Assembly: GCF_006345805.1 (NCBI RefSeq)
Contig: NW_021824357.1
Coordinates: forward strand, 1 to 18,853
Reading direction: 5' to 3'
DNA: 18,853 bases
Source of the DNA: Octopus sinensis
Taxonomy: Eukaryota
Numbering within the stretch: position 1 is the first letter of the stretch; every line of letters begins with the position of its first letter. Of the stretch, positions 1 through 9,504 are shown one piece after another. The notes beneath the pieces are model-generated. The model was not told the DNA's origin. It searched no databases and saw only the letters and a program-made list of their open reading frames with translations. Made by a program: the position numbers and the translations under genes.

Positions 1-507
1 TTACGTGCCACCGACACCAGAACTCCAATCTGAATCTGGCAGAGTTTCTACAGCTGGATGCCATTTCTAACGCCACCACTCCCTCCGAGAGTGTCGTGGG
101 TGCTTTTACGTTTTCACCACCACAGACTCCAATCTGATCTGGCAGAGTTTCTACAGCTGGATGCCCTTCCTAACGCCAACCACTCCGAGAGTGTAGTGGG
201 TGCTTTTTACGTGCCACCGACACCAGACTCCAATCTGACCTGGCAGAGTTTCTACAGCTGGATGCCCTTCCTAACGCCAACCACTCCGAGAGTGTAGTGG
301 GTGCTTTTACGTGCCACCGACACCAGACTCCAATCTGACCTGCAGGTTTCTTCTTCTTAGCCTGGATGCCCTCCTACGCCAACCACTCCGAGAGTGTAGT
401 GGGTGCTTTTACGTGCCACCGACACCAGACTCCATCTGATCTGGCAGAGTTTCTACAGCTGGATGCCCTTCCTAACGCCAACCACTCCGAGAGTGTAGTG
501 GGTGCTT
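1..507. repeat. Tandem array of five ~101-bp units
   Basis: Unit starts (TTACG) at 1, 106, 207, 307 and 409; the sequence reverts to single-copy family C body at 508. Confidence 0.9.
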
Positions 508-780
508 TTAAGTTCCACCGGCACGATGGCCAGTTTGGTGGTACTGGCAACGGCCACGCCCAAATGGTGCTTTCTACGTGTCACCTGCACAGGAGCCAGT
601 CCAGTGGCACTGGCGACGACCTCGCTTGAATATTTCACATGCCACCAGCACAAGTGCTAGTAAGGTGACGCAGGTAACGATCACGCTTGAATGATGTGCT
701 TAACGTGCCATCGGCACGAAGGCCAGCTTGTTGCTCTGGCAACGATCTCACTCTTACGGTACTCTTAGCGCTCCCACTCG
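1..780 (-). mobile_element. Family C interspersed repeat (non-autonomous retroelement, possibly RTE-associated) with internal tandem expansion
   Basis: Homologous to the copies at 11848-12225 and 16544-17090 (CTGGATGCCCTTCCTAACGCCAACCACTCCGAGAGTGTAGTGGGTGCTTTT core and downstream body). Confidence 0.75.
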
Positions 781-858
781 GTTCTGTGTCGTACGATGTT
801 TTTCGAAAGGAATTGCTTAAACGGGGGCATTCAGCCGCTCCATCAGGTATTTATGTCC

Positions 859-1254
859 GGAATGGCTGTGTGGTAAGTAGCTTGCTTACCAACCACATGG
901 TTCCGGGTTCAGTCCCACCACGTGGCACCTTGGGCAAGTGTCTTCTGCTATAGCCCCGGGCCGACCAATGCCTTGTGAGTGGATTTGGTAGACGGAAACT
1001 GAAAGAAGCCTGTCGTATATATGTATATATATATATGTGTGTATATACATATATAGGCGCAGGAGTGGCTGTGTGGTAAGTAGCTTGCTAACCAACCACA
1101 TGGTTCCGGGTTCAGTCACCTAGCGGTTCGGCAAAAGAGACCGATAGAATAAGTACTAGGCTTACAAAGAATAAGTCCTGAGGTCGATTTACTCGACTAA
1201 AGGCGGTGCTCCAGCATGGCCGCAGTCAAATGACTGAAACAAGTAAAAGAGAGT
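859..1254 (+). mobile_element. SINE family A (tRNA-derived head, CORE-like segment); double head with internal deletion
   Basis: A-box-like TGGCTGTGTGG, B-box-like GGTTCAGTCCC, CORE-like CCTTGGGCAAGT and tail GACTGAAACAAGTAAAAGAG; many copies in the window. Confidence 0.85.
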
Positions 1255-1296
1255 AATTCTTGCAATGGATGAAGCAACTCCTGAGTGAACATATTT

Positions 1297-1500
1297 CTTA
1301 ATCTTTTTTTGCCCCTTGTGGAGCATAGGGCCTCAACAGTTGTTTTCCACTTTTTGCGGTCATTGGCGGGTTTCTTGGCTGCTTCCCATGTCAGGCCGGT
1401 GGTCCTGAGCTCGTCCAAAATGCTCCGCTTCCATGTCTGCTTCGGGCGCCGTCGCTTCCTTTTCCCCTGCAGGTTCCACTCAAGTGCTTGTCGTGTCACA
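1297..1500 (-). mobile_element. RTE-clade LINE 3' fragment
   Basis: Translates to TRQALEWNLQGKRKRRRPKQTWKRSILDELRTTGLTWEAAKKPANDRKKWKTTVEALCS, the typical RTE ORF C-terminus (W.pqGkR..GRPk.TW...AqdR..W). Confidence 0.85.
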
Positions 1501-1618
1501 TATGAGGGTTCTTTTCAGAAATATATGTAAAAATGCAAAAGTCAAAATTTTCAAACGAAAATTTTACCCCTAAAAGGGGACAACACGTCCGTCCGCTTTG
1601 AAAGCAATAACAATAATA

Positions 1619-1854
1619 CCTATTTCTTTACTACCCACAAGGGGCTAAACACAGAGGGGGCAAACAAGGACAGACAAACGGATTAAGTCGATTATATCGA
1701 CCCCAGTGCGTAACTGGTACTTAATTTATCGACCCCGAAAGGATGAAAGGCAAAGTCGACCTCGGCGGAATTTGAACTCAGAAAGTAACGGCAAACGAAA
1801 TACGGTTACGCATTTCGCCCGGCGTGCTAACATTTCTGCCAACTCGCCTCCCTC
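1619..1854 (-). mobile_element. SINE family B, full length, tail type 1
   Basis: B-box-like GAGTTCAAATTCC and core CTTTCATCCTTTCGGGGTCGATAAA. TSD AGCAATAAyAATAATA at 1603-1618 and 1855-1870. Confidence 0.9.
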
Positions 1855-1902
1855 AGCAATAATAATAATATTATATAATAATAATAATAACAAACATCGA
1901 AA

Positions 1903-2032
1903 AATACCCTAGGAATGAGAACCCAGTTCGAAATTTCCCCAAGACACCTGATGAAGGCTAGAGGGTATATCAGCCGAAACAATTGTGTTAACAACAAATA
2001 AGATGAGGACAAATATTTGTCAATTGTAAATA

Positions 2033-2035
<3 letters not shown>
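1903..2035 (+). mobile_element. Penelope-like element pLTR remnant with degenerate type I hammerhead ribozyme (1943-1989)
   Basis: GACAC-CTGATGA-A-GGCT(loop)AGCC-GAAAC-AATT-GTGTT: hammerhead core with intact stems I and II; stem III is degenerate. Confidence 0.6.

Positions 2036-2092
<57 letters not shown>
2036..2092. repeat. (TA)n microsatellite
   Basis: Direct reading. Confidence 0.97.
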
Positions 2093-2094
<2 letters not shown>

Positions 2095-2107
2095 GGAGGG
2101 GGGTGAT

Positions 2108-2211
2108 GTCTGTGCTTGTCCCCCGTTACTGCTTGACAGCCGATGTTGATGTGACTCCGTATCTTGGCGATTTAGCGTAAAAGCCAGATCCGATAGTAGG
2201 TAGAATGAGTA
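2108..2211 (+). mobile_element. Old, diverged SINE-A-like body fragment
   Basis: TTGTCCCCC...GCTTGACAGCCGATG aligns with the SINE-A body TTTGTCCCCCTAGCATTGCTTGACAACCGATG. Confidence 0.5.
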
Positions 2212-2212
2212 A

Positions 2213-2740
2213 TAATAATGAAATTATTGTATACAGTGCTCAGGTGCACCACAACTTGTCAGAAAGTGCGTATAAAGCATATGCAGTAATGTACAAATGT
2301 CTGGAAAGCGAACAATGTATGAGTCAGATACATGCTTGCGTGTGTATGGAGAGCAGACAATTAGGTGTAGTGTTGGCGAATCTCTCAGGAAGCATGGAAG
2401 TTTTGAAGGATGCAGTGCTCCGACAACTAACAACCGATGCCGGCAGTTTGTTCCATGCTTCAGCAACTCTCAGCGTGAAAAAATGTTTCCTGAAGTCATG
2501 GGAGCTGTGCTGTTTTCTTACTTTGTAAATATGTCCACGGGTGTTAGATGGGTGGAGTTTGAAAAGGTGCTCAGAGTTATTGTTTGTACGATGGTTGATA
2601 ATTTTATGGGTGTCTTCCAAGTCAGCTGCCAGACGTCGGAGTTCCAATGTGTCCATGCCCAGGGAAGTAAGGCGTTCAGAATATGGCAAATGCCTGATGG
2701 AGGGTATTCACTTGGTTGCATGTCACTGAACAGTTTCCAG
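2213..2740 (-). mobile_element. CR1-clade LINE 3' end, copy 1
   Basis: LETVQ*HATK*IPSIRHLPYSERLTSLGMDTLELRRLAADL...TRGH...RKHFFTLRVAEAWNKLP is the canonical CR1 C-terminus. The two TGA stops are consistent with CGA CpG decay. There is an (ATT)n tail near 2213-2225. Confidence 0.92.
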
Positions 2741-3345
2741 GGAGAACATCAGGTGTAGTGTTGGTGAATCTTAGGAAGCATGGAAGTTTTGAAGGATGCA
2801 GTGCTCCGACAACTAACAACTGATGCCGGCAGTTTGTTCCATGCTTCAGCGTGTGTATGGAGGGGAGAAGATCAGGTGTAGTGTTGGCGAATCTCAGGAA
2901 GCATGGAAGTTTTGAAGGATGCAGTGCTCCGACAACTAACAACTGATGCCGGCAGTTTGTTCCATGCTTCAGCGTGTGTATGGAGGGGAGAACATCAGGT
3001 GTAGTGTTGGCGAATCTCAGGAAGCATGGAAGTTTTGAAGGATGCAGTGCTCCGACAACTAACCAACATGATGCCGGCAGTTTGTTCCATGCTTCAGCGT
3101 GTGTATGGAGGGGAGAACATCAGTGTAGTGTTGGCGAATCTCAGGAAGCATGGAAGTTTTGAAGGATGCAGTGCTCCGACAACTAACAACTGATGCCGGC
3201 AGTTTGTTCCATGCTTCAGCGTGTGTATGGAGGGGAGAACATCAGGTGTAGTGTTGGCGAATCTCAGGAAGCATGGAAGTTTTGAAGGATGCAGTGCTCT
3301 GACAACTAACAACTGATGCCGGCAGTTTGTTCCATGCTTCAGCAA
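2741..3345. repeat. Tandem array of ~5 x 123-bp CR1-derived units
   Basis: The AGGTGTAGTG marker falls at 2751, 2874, 2997, ~3121 and 3244; a 41-aa periodicity is visible in ORF 3094..3345. Confidence 0.92.
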
Positions 3346-3559
3346 CTCTCAGCGTGAAAAAAATGTTTCCTGAAGTCATGGGAGCTGTGCTGTTTTCTGA
3401 CTTTGTAAATATGTCCACGGGTGTGAGATGGGTGGAGTTTGAAAAGGTGCTCAGAGTTATTGTTTGTACGATGGTTGATAATTTTATGGGTGTCTTCCAA
3501 GTCAGCTGCCAGACGTCGGAGTTTCAATGTGTCCATGCCCAGGGAAGAAGTAAGGCGTT
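2741..3559 (-). mobile_element. CR1-clade LINE fragment, copy 2, carrying the 123-bp tandem array
   Basis: 3346-3559 duplicates the corresponding part of copy 1, with diagnostic differences from copy 1 (GGAGAACATCAGG vs GAGCAGACAATTAGG). Confidence 0.88.
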
Positions 3560-3563
3560 TACT

Positions 3564-4066
3564 TGAGTACTAGGTTTGCGGGCGATCTTTCGTCTCTAGT
3601 AGACCTTTCCGTCGATTTTTTTTTACATATGGGCTTGCGGGAACTTTTGAAGTAATATACATACATATACACATACACCGAGTAAAAAATTTCAGTTATC
3701 TCTTTCTTTCACACATTACTCTGTCTCTTCACACACACTAACAGAAGCACTTCACTTACACAACATACTGTCTGTCTCCCACACCCCATCAAACACACAC
3801 ACATGTACATCATGTGCGGTAACCTCAAAAGAACTTCCCTCGTCATACAATCGCTTTCTCTTAGTCTCTTTAGCTCTCATTACTTCAAAAGTTCCCGCAA
3901 GCCCATATGTAAAAAAAAAAAAAATTTTTACGGAAATCGACGGAAAGGTCTACTAGAGACGAAAGATTGCCGGTTTGCGAAAAAAAGATAAATACTGGGG
4001 TCGATTCGTTCGATTTAAAATCTTCAGGGCTGTGCTCCAGCATGGCCGCAGTCTAAACAGTTAAAA
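3564..4066 (+). mobile_element. SINE-A-like 3' relic split by the MITE
   Basis: Removing the MITE and one TSD restores AGTACTAGGTTTGCGAAAAAAAGATAAATACTGGGGTCGAT...GTGCTCCAGCATGGCCGCAGTC, which matches the SINE-A tail. Confidence 0.7.
3581..3971. mobile_element. MITE with ~76-93-bp TIRs and 8-bp TSD (Merlin-like)
   Basis: TIRs at 3581-3656 and 3879-3971 begin GGCGATC / end GATTGCC. A perfect direct repeat GGTTTGCG flanks them at 3573-3580 and 3972-3979. Confidence 0.85.
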
Positions 4067-4084
4067 GATATGAGTACACACACA

Positions 4085-4286
4085 CTCGCATATACGATCG
4101 CTCCTCACATTGCGCGCCAATTCGAACACAAAGAAATAATAAAAACAGAGTTACTTCCCTTAACTCTCGGCCTCTCCTGTCATCATTCCGATGTTGCTAC
4201 AACAATAAACTCGATTTATTGCAACTAAGGCCAAGATCGGATCTTCACTCCGGCACTGGAGTAGTTTGGAGGTTTGGAAGGTAAAT
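4085..4286 (+). promoter_or_regulatory. Candidate promoter / non-coding first exon of the KIAA0753-like gene
   Basis: CpG-rich non-repeat island between repeats. It carries an E2F-like TTGCGCGCCAA (4110-4120), an RFX X-box half site GTTGCTA (4193-4199) and a donor-like GAAG|GTAAAT at 4281. Confidence 0.35.
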
Positions 4287-4381
4287 ACACCCACTTTTTA
4301 AACCTTTATTTGATCTATGGCTAACCTAGAGAGAGACTTTATACTTCCATACATGTATTCATATGTATAGCCTATACATTG

Positions 4382-4431
<50 letters not shown>

Positions 4432-4432
4432 A

Positions 4433-4487
<55 letters not shown>

Positions 4488-4488
4488 A

Positions 4489-4523
<35 letters not shown>

Positions 4524-4592
4524 CATCTATCCATCTATCTATCCATTTATCCATCTGTCTGTCTGTCTGTCTGTCCCTCCGTCCGTCCGTCC

Positions 4593-4648
<56 letters not shown>
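4382..4648. repeat. Compound (TCTA)n/(TCTG)n/(TC)n/(TCCG)n microsatellite
   Basis: Direct reading. Confidence 0.97.
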
Positions 4649-4885
4649 GCATATTCTCAAAGACAGCTAGACGGACAGACAGACAAATAGATAGATGTGA
4701 TCCAGTGCAAAATTTCCTCGCTCGATTTGATAGAAATAACATCCTACACACCCCCATATGTTCTTATACACATACGCGCACACACGCGCAGTCGTATACG
4801 CCCACACATACGTCGCACACATATACATACACATTATGTCTCTACGTATGTATGGATGTATCTGTCAATATTTGTGTTTGTGTTC

Positions 4886-5298
4886 AGGTGGCGAGCTGGC
4901 AGAATCGTTAGCACGCCGGGCGAAATACCGGGCGGTATTTCGTCTGTCTTTGTGTTCTGAGTTCAAACTCCGCCGAGGTCGACTTTGCCTTTCATCCTTT
5001 CGGGGTCGATTAAATAAGTACCAGTTACGCACTGGGGTCGATATAATCGACTTAATACCTATGTCTATCCTTGTTTGTCCTCTCTGTGTTCAGCCCCTTG
5101 TGGGTAGTAAAGAAATAGAATTGGGTATTTCGTCTGTCTTTTCGTTCTGAGTTCAAATTCCGCCGAGGTCGACTTTGCCTTTCATCCTTTCGGGGTCGAC
5201 GATAAATTAAGTACCAGTTGCGTACTAGAGTCGATGTAATCGACTGGCACCCGCCTCCCACAAAATTTCGGGCCTTGTGCCTAGAGTAGAAAAGAATA
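4886..5298 (+). mobile_element. SINE-B head-to-tail dimer (tail 1 copy, then headless tail 2 copy)
   Basis: Two cores; the second unit starts at GGTATTTCG (~5124) and ends with GGGCCTTGTGCCTAGAGTAGAAAAGAAT. Confidence 0.88.
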
Positions 5299-5452
5299 TT
5301 TGTGGTTGTGTGTGTATATATATATACGTATGGAGGTGCCAAACGACTCTACCCTTACGTCCTTTCCAAGAATAATGGGCGAAGATGGGTGGACGGATGT
5401 GTGTATATATGATGACGCAAGCAAGAAAAATAGAACTAAAAGTATGAGTATA

Positions 5453-5816
5453 TACTCTTTTACTTGTTTCAGTCATTTGACTGCGGCCATGCTGGAGCAC
5501 CGCCTTTAATCGAGCAAATCGACCCCGGGACTTATTCTTTGTAAGCCCAGTACTTATTCTATCGTTCTCTTTGGCCGAACCGCTATGTGACGGGGACGTA
5601 AACACACCAGCATCGGGGGACAAACAAACATATACACACACATACATATATATACGACGGGCTTCTTTCAGTTTCCGTCTACCAAATCCACTCACAAGGC
5701 ATTGGTCGGCCCGAGGCTATAGCAGAAGACATTGCCCAAGATGCCACGCAGTGGACTGAACCCGGAACCATTGGTTGGTTAGCAAGCTACTTACCACACA
5801 GCCACTCCTGCACCTA

Positions 5817-5817
<1 letters not shown>
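5453..5817 (-). mobile_element. SINE-A, near full length
   Basis: Tail, body and head are all present as reverse complement. Confidence 0.9.
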
Positions 5818-6106
<289 letters not shown>

Positions 6107-6376
6107 TTTTATTGATATTTAGCACAGGAAAATTACAATATTTTATGTATATATGTGTGTGTGTTTATGTATAATCGGCAGGCTTAACGAAACGATTGAA
6201 GGGCCGAGAGTTCTTTTCTATTCTTCACCGATCGCGTAATTCACCAGGATCGATAAAGACTAGCAATAATACCTCCACAAATTCCAGTTACCCTAACACA
6301 CACACACAACATGTAAAAACTTGGCGGTTTCCACTTGGTTATGCATGCGTGTTTCATCTTGTCCGAAGAACAATTA

Positions 6377-6805
6377 TTGGATCTTTTTGGTTTGAACGGC
6401 AGTTTTTTCTAGCGGTGTCATATGAAATTGTCACCCATAATAATCATGACCCTAGTATCGATCTATTGCATTTCAATCTGTTTTAGGGTTAGGGTTAGGG
6501 GTGGGGGGAAGGGTATCTTTTTTTTCTTCACAAATGTAAATAAACCCAATCTGTTTCTTAAACGAGGGACATATTCATACGGCACAGATGTTTTTTTTTT
6601 TTTTTTACCTCAATAGACGTCATTGATTGGTTGAATTGCAGAAATGAAAAACAACAACAAATATCTTACAAACTTATAATTTTCTCAATAAAGCCAAGAG
6701 AAAAAGATATTTTATAAACACATTCTACCAGTATACGAAGTTTAAAAGTGTTTAGTTACATGGAAATTATTTTAAAAGACTGCTGGTCAAACCGAAAAGA
6801 TCCAA
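6377..6805. mobile_element. Non-autonomous TIR element (~430 bp) containing (TTAGGG)3
   Basis: GGATCTTTTTGGTTTGAACGGCAGTTTTTT (6379-6408) pairs with AAAAGACTGCTGGTCAAACCGAAAAGATCC (6774-6803), with 4 mismatches in 30. TTAGGG x3 lies at 6483-6500. Confidence 0.7.
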
Positions 6806-7630
6806 ACGAGGGACATATTCATACGGCATAGAATATTTTTTTTACCTCAATGGACGTCATTGATTGGTTGAAATTGCAGAAATTGAAGAAAAACAACAAC
6901 AAATATCTTACAAACTCTAGAATTTTCTCAATAAAGCCAAGAGAAAAAGATGTTTTATAAACACATTCTACCAGTATACGAAGTTTAAAAGTGTTTAGTT
7001 ACTCTCTCTCTTTTACTCTTTTACTTGTTTCAGTCATTTGACTGCGGCCATGCTGGAGCACCGCCTTTAATCGAGCAACTCGACCCCGGGACTTATTCTT
7101 TTGTAAATCCAGTACTTATTCTATCGGTCTCTTTTGCCGAACCGCTAAGTAACGGGGACATAAACACACCAGCATCGGTTGTCAAGCAATGCTAGGGGGA
7201 CAAACACAGACACACAAACACACACACACATATACATATATACGACAGGCTTCTTTCAGTTTCCGTCTACCAAATCCACTCACAAGGCATTGGTCGGCCC
7301 GGGGCTATAGCAGAAGACACTTGCCCAAGATGCCACGCAGTGGGACTGAACCCGGAACCATGTGGTTGGTAAGCAAGCTACTTACCACACAGCCACTCCT
7401 ACATATATATATACGACAGGCTTCTTTCAGTTTCCGTCTACCAAATCCACTCACAAGGCTTTGGTCGGCCTGGGGCTATAGCAGAAGACACTTGCCCAAG
7501 ATGCCACGCAGTGGGACTGAACCCGGAACCATGTGGTTGGTAAGCAAGCTACTTACCACACAGCCACTCCTGCGCCTATAATTACGTGGAAATTATATTA
7601 AAAAACCATCGTTTAAATCAACATAATCAT
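6804..7630. repeat. Duplicate of the right half of the TIR element, interrupted by SINE-A
   Basis: 6804-7002 copies 6560-6759. It resumes at ~7581 (GTGGAAATTATATTAAAAAAC) and ends in a decayed TIR. Confidence 0.75.
7003..7579 (-). mobile_element. SINE-A with duplicated head
   Basis: Body plus head 1 (~7240-7401) plus head 2 (~7410-7579). Confidence 0.9.
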
Positions 7631-7770
7631 AAATGTACATTGCTGGGAATCAAGTTTCTTAACCACACAACAACCATGTTTGCACTGATCGTTAATGTTA
7701 TTAATTAGCTTTTCTCTAATTAATTTTTTAATTTTTTTGTTTTTGCTTCACAGATGAAGAGAATTAGAAC

Positions 7771-8286
7771 ATGGCCGAAAGTGATACTCTGTTTGATAAA
7801 AACCAGTTGCTTTTCAACCTATCAGTGCCTCTGTCTGCCCTGAAAATGGTTCGCAGGCCGATGCCGCCTCAGGCGATACAAATAGAGAAGGTGGATGGCG
7901 GAGGTACGTTTACGTCGCATCCCCATGGCAACCGCCTCAATCACTACCACCAACGCCACCACCACCACCACCAGCAGCAGCAGCAGCAGCAGGGTATCGT
8001 CTCGGACGTTGCCGAGTCACTGCAGCAACACCAGTCGCGTCTCCTCACCGACTCGGTCACCTCCGAAATCTTCGAGCAGGCCCTGACTCTCGCGAGACTC
8101 GACTTCAAACAGCAGAAAAGGGGTGACGATGTACCCGGTGATCCAGAACACCCCACCAAGAATTCAAAATCTTCCGACACCAAACTTCTCACCACCACGC
8201 CCACCACTGCCAAATCCACCAACACCACCATCACTACCGCCACCTCCACCAACATCACCAATAAAAGTACTACCCAAGGAGTTAGG
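7771..8286 (+). CDS. KIAA0753: KIAA0753/Moonraker-like, first coding exon (172 codons, ends phase 0)
   Basis: Acceptor ttttgcttcacAG ends at 7753. ATG 7771 has a strong context (aacATGg) and an in-frame upstream TAG at 7765. Donor AGG|GTAAGT at 8287. Motifs NQLLFNLSVP, PQAIQIEK and SEIFEQALTLARLDFKQQK match human KIAA0753 NQLQFNRNVP, PHAIRIEK and [20 protein letters not shown] (human sequence recalled from memory). Confidence 0.88.
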
Positions 8287-8360
8287 GTAAGTAACATTAA
8301 TCTTAGACAACCCTACCATGCCATACCCTGTTCTGTTTTTCCTTTTCACATTATTATTAT

Positions 8361-8902
8361 TACTCTTTTACTCTTTTACTTGTTTCAGTCATTTGACTGC
8401 GGCCATGCTGGAGCACCGCCTTTAATCGAGCAACTCAACCCCGGGACTTATTCTTTTGTAAGCCCAGTACTTATTCTATCGGTCTCTTTTACCGAACCGC
8501 TAAGTAACGGGGACATAAACACACCAGCATCGGTTGTCAAGCAATGCTAGGGGGACAAACACAGACACACACATATATACGACGGGCTTCTTTCAGTTTC
8601 CGTCTACCAAATCCACTCACAAGGCTTTGCTTAGCCCGAGGCTATAGTAGACCTTTAATATGCTGGCCATTGATAAAATTTTTTTCGAAAAGAATTTTAT
8701 CCTCACATTTGATATATATATATATATACATATATATGACGGGCTTCTTTCAGTTTCCGTCTACCAAATCCACTCACAAGGCTTTGGTCGGTCCGAGGCT
8801 ATAGTAGAAGACACTTACCCAAGATGCCACGAAGTGCGACTGAACCCGGAACCATGTGGTTGGTAAACAAGCTACTTACCACACAGCCACTCCTATGCCT
8901 AT
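8361..8902 (-). mobile_element. SINE-A with partial plus complete head (intron 1)
   Basis: Tail at 8361; partial head 8577-8655; unrelated spacer; full head 8735-8902. Confidence 0.88.
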
Positions 8903-8903
8903 T

Positions 8904-9268
8904 GATAGCAAGTTTTCTGAAAGGTGGGTGAATTGTGCAAGAATGGCCAGTATAAATGGACCAATTCTGAGGTTTCGCCTGTAATTGAAAAAGGTATTAT
9001 AAAAGGAGAAAGGGACTCCCTACCCCTCTTTTGACCAGGCTCCCATTGGCTTTTATGGGTTTTTCCACCAGGAACCTTTCGTAACGCCTCCTTCTTTTGG
9101 GACTTTTTCGTTGTTATAAATTTTGATTGTTACACTGTTTTTAGTGATGTTTTCACAAACGGACAAAAGCCTTTGTAACCTTTCGTCCTGTTTCGTCCCT
9201 TTATGTTTTCCAATCATATTTGTCAGCCCTTGTGGCCAATAAAAAGAATTAATTATTATTATTATTAA
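8904..9268 (+). mobile_element. L1/Tx1-like LINE 3' end (ORF2 C-terminus, 3' UTR, (ATT)n tail)
   Basis: DSKFSERWVNCARMASINGPILRFRL* (8904-8984; F..RW terminal motif typical of Tx1/L1 ORF2). It is followed by a T-rich UTR, AATAAA at 9238 and an ATT tail. Confidence 0.6.
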
Positions 9269-9271
9269 TCA

Positions 9272-9490
9272 AGGTGGTGAGCTGGCAGAATCATTAGCAC
9301 ACCAGGCAAAATGCTTAGCAGAATTTCACCTGTCACTAGGTTCCGAGTTCAAATTCCACCGAGGTCAACTTTGCCTGTCATCCTTTCAGGGTTGATAAAT
9401 AAAGTACCAATTGAATGCTAGGGTCGATGTAATCGACTCATCCCCTCCCCAAAAATTGCTACCCTTGTGGCAAAATTTGAAACCATTATT
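9272..9490 (+). mobile_element. SINE-B, older copy, tail type 3
   Basis: Diverged head and core; tail CCCTTGTGGCAAAATTTGAAACC followed by (ATT)n. Confidence 0.85.
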
Positions 9491-9504
9491 ATTATTATTA
9501 TTAT

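Noticed and set aside
859-930. tRNA genes at SINE heads
   Set aside because: Only A/B-box-like motifs remain, embedded in SINE bodies; I could not build a cloverleaf.
1311-1321. GCCCCTTGTGG shared by the RTE fragment and SINE-B tail 1
   Set aside because: Only 11 nt, and antisense relative to the RTE, so it cannot be a shared 3' tail.
6180-6370. Second CpG-rich island with GTTACCCTAAC as an alternative promoter
   Set aside because: No convincing donor and an incomplete X-box; it cannot be supported without expression data.
6483-6500. Telomere or chromosome-fusion scar
   Set aside because: Only three units, lying inside a TIR element.
7895-8349. Alternative-frame and antisense ORFs (7895..8086, 7944..8297, 8164..8349)
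   Set aside because: These are shadows of the GC-rich, repeat-containing real exon.
8287-8550. ORF 7771..8550 read as a single 259-aa protein
   Set aside because: After the GTAAGT donor at 8287 the frame runs through intron and antisense SINE-A sequence.
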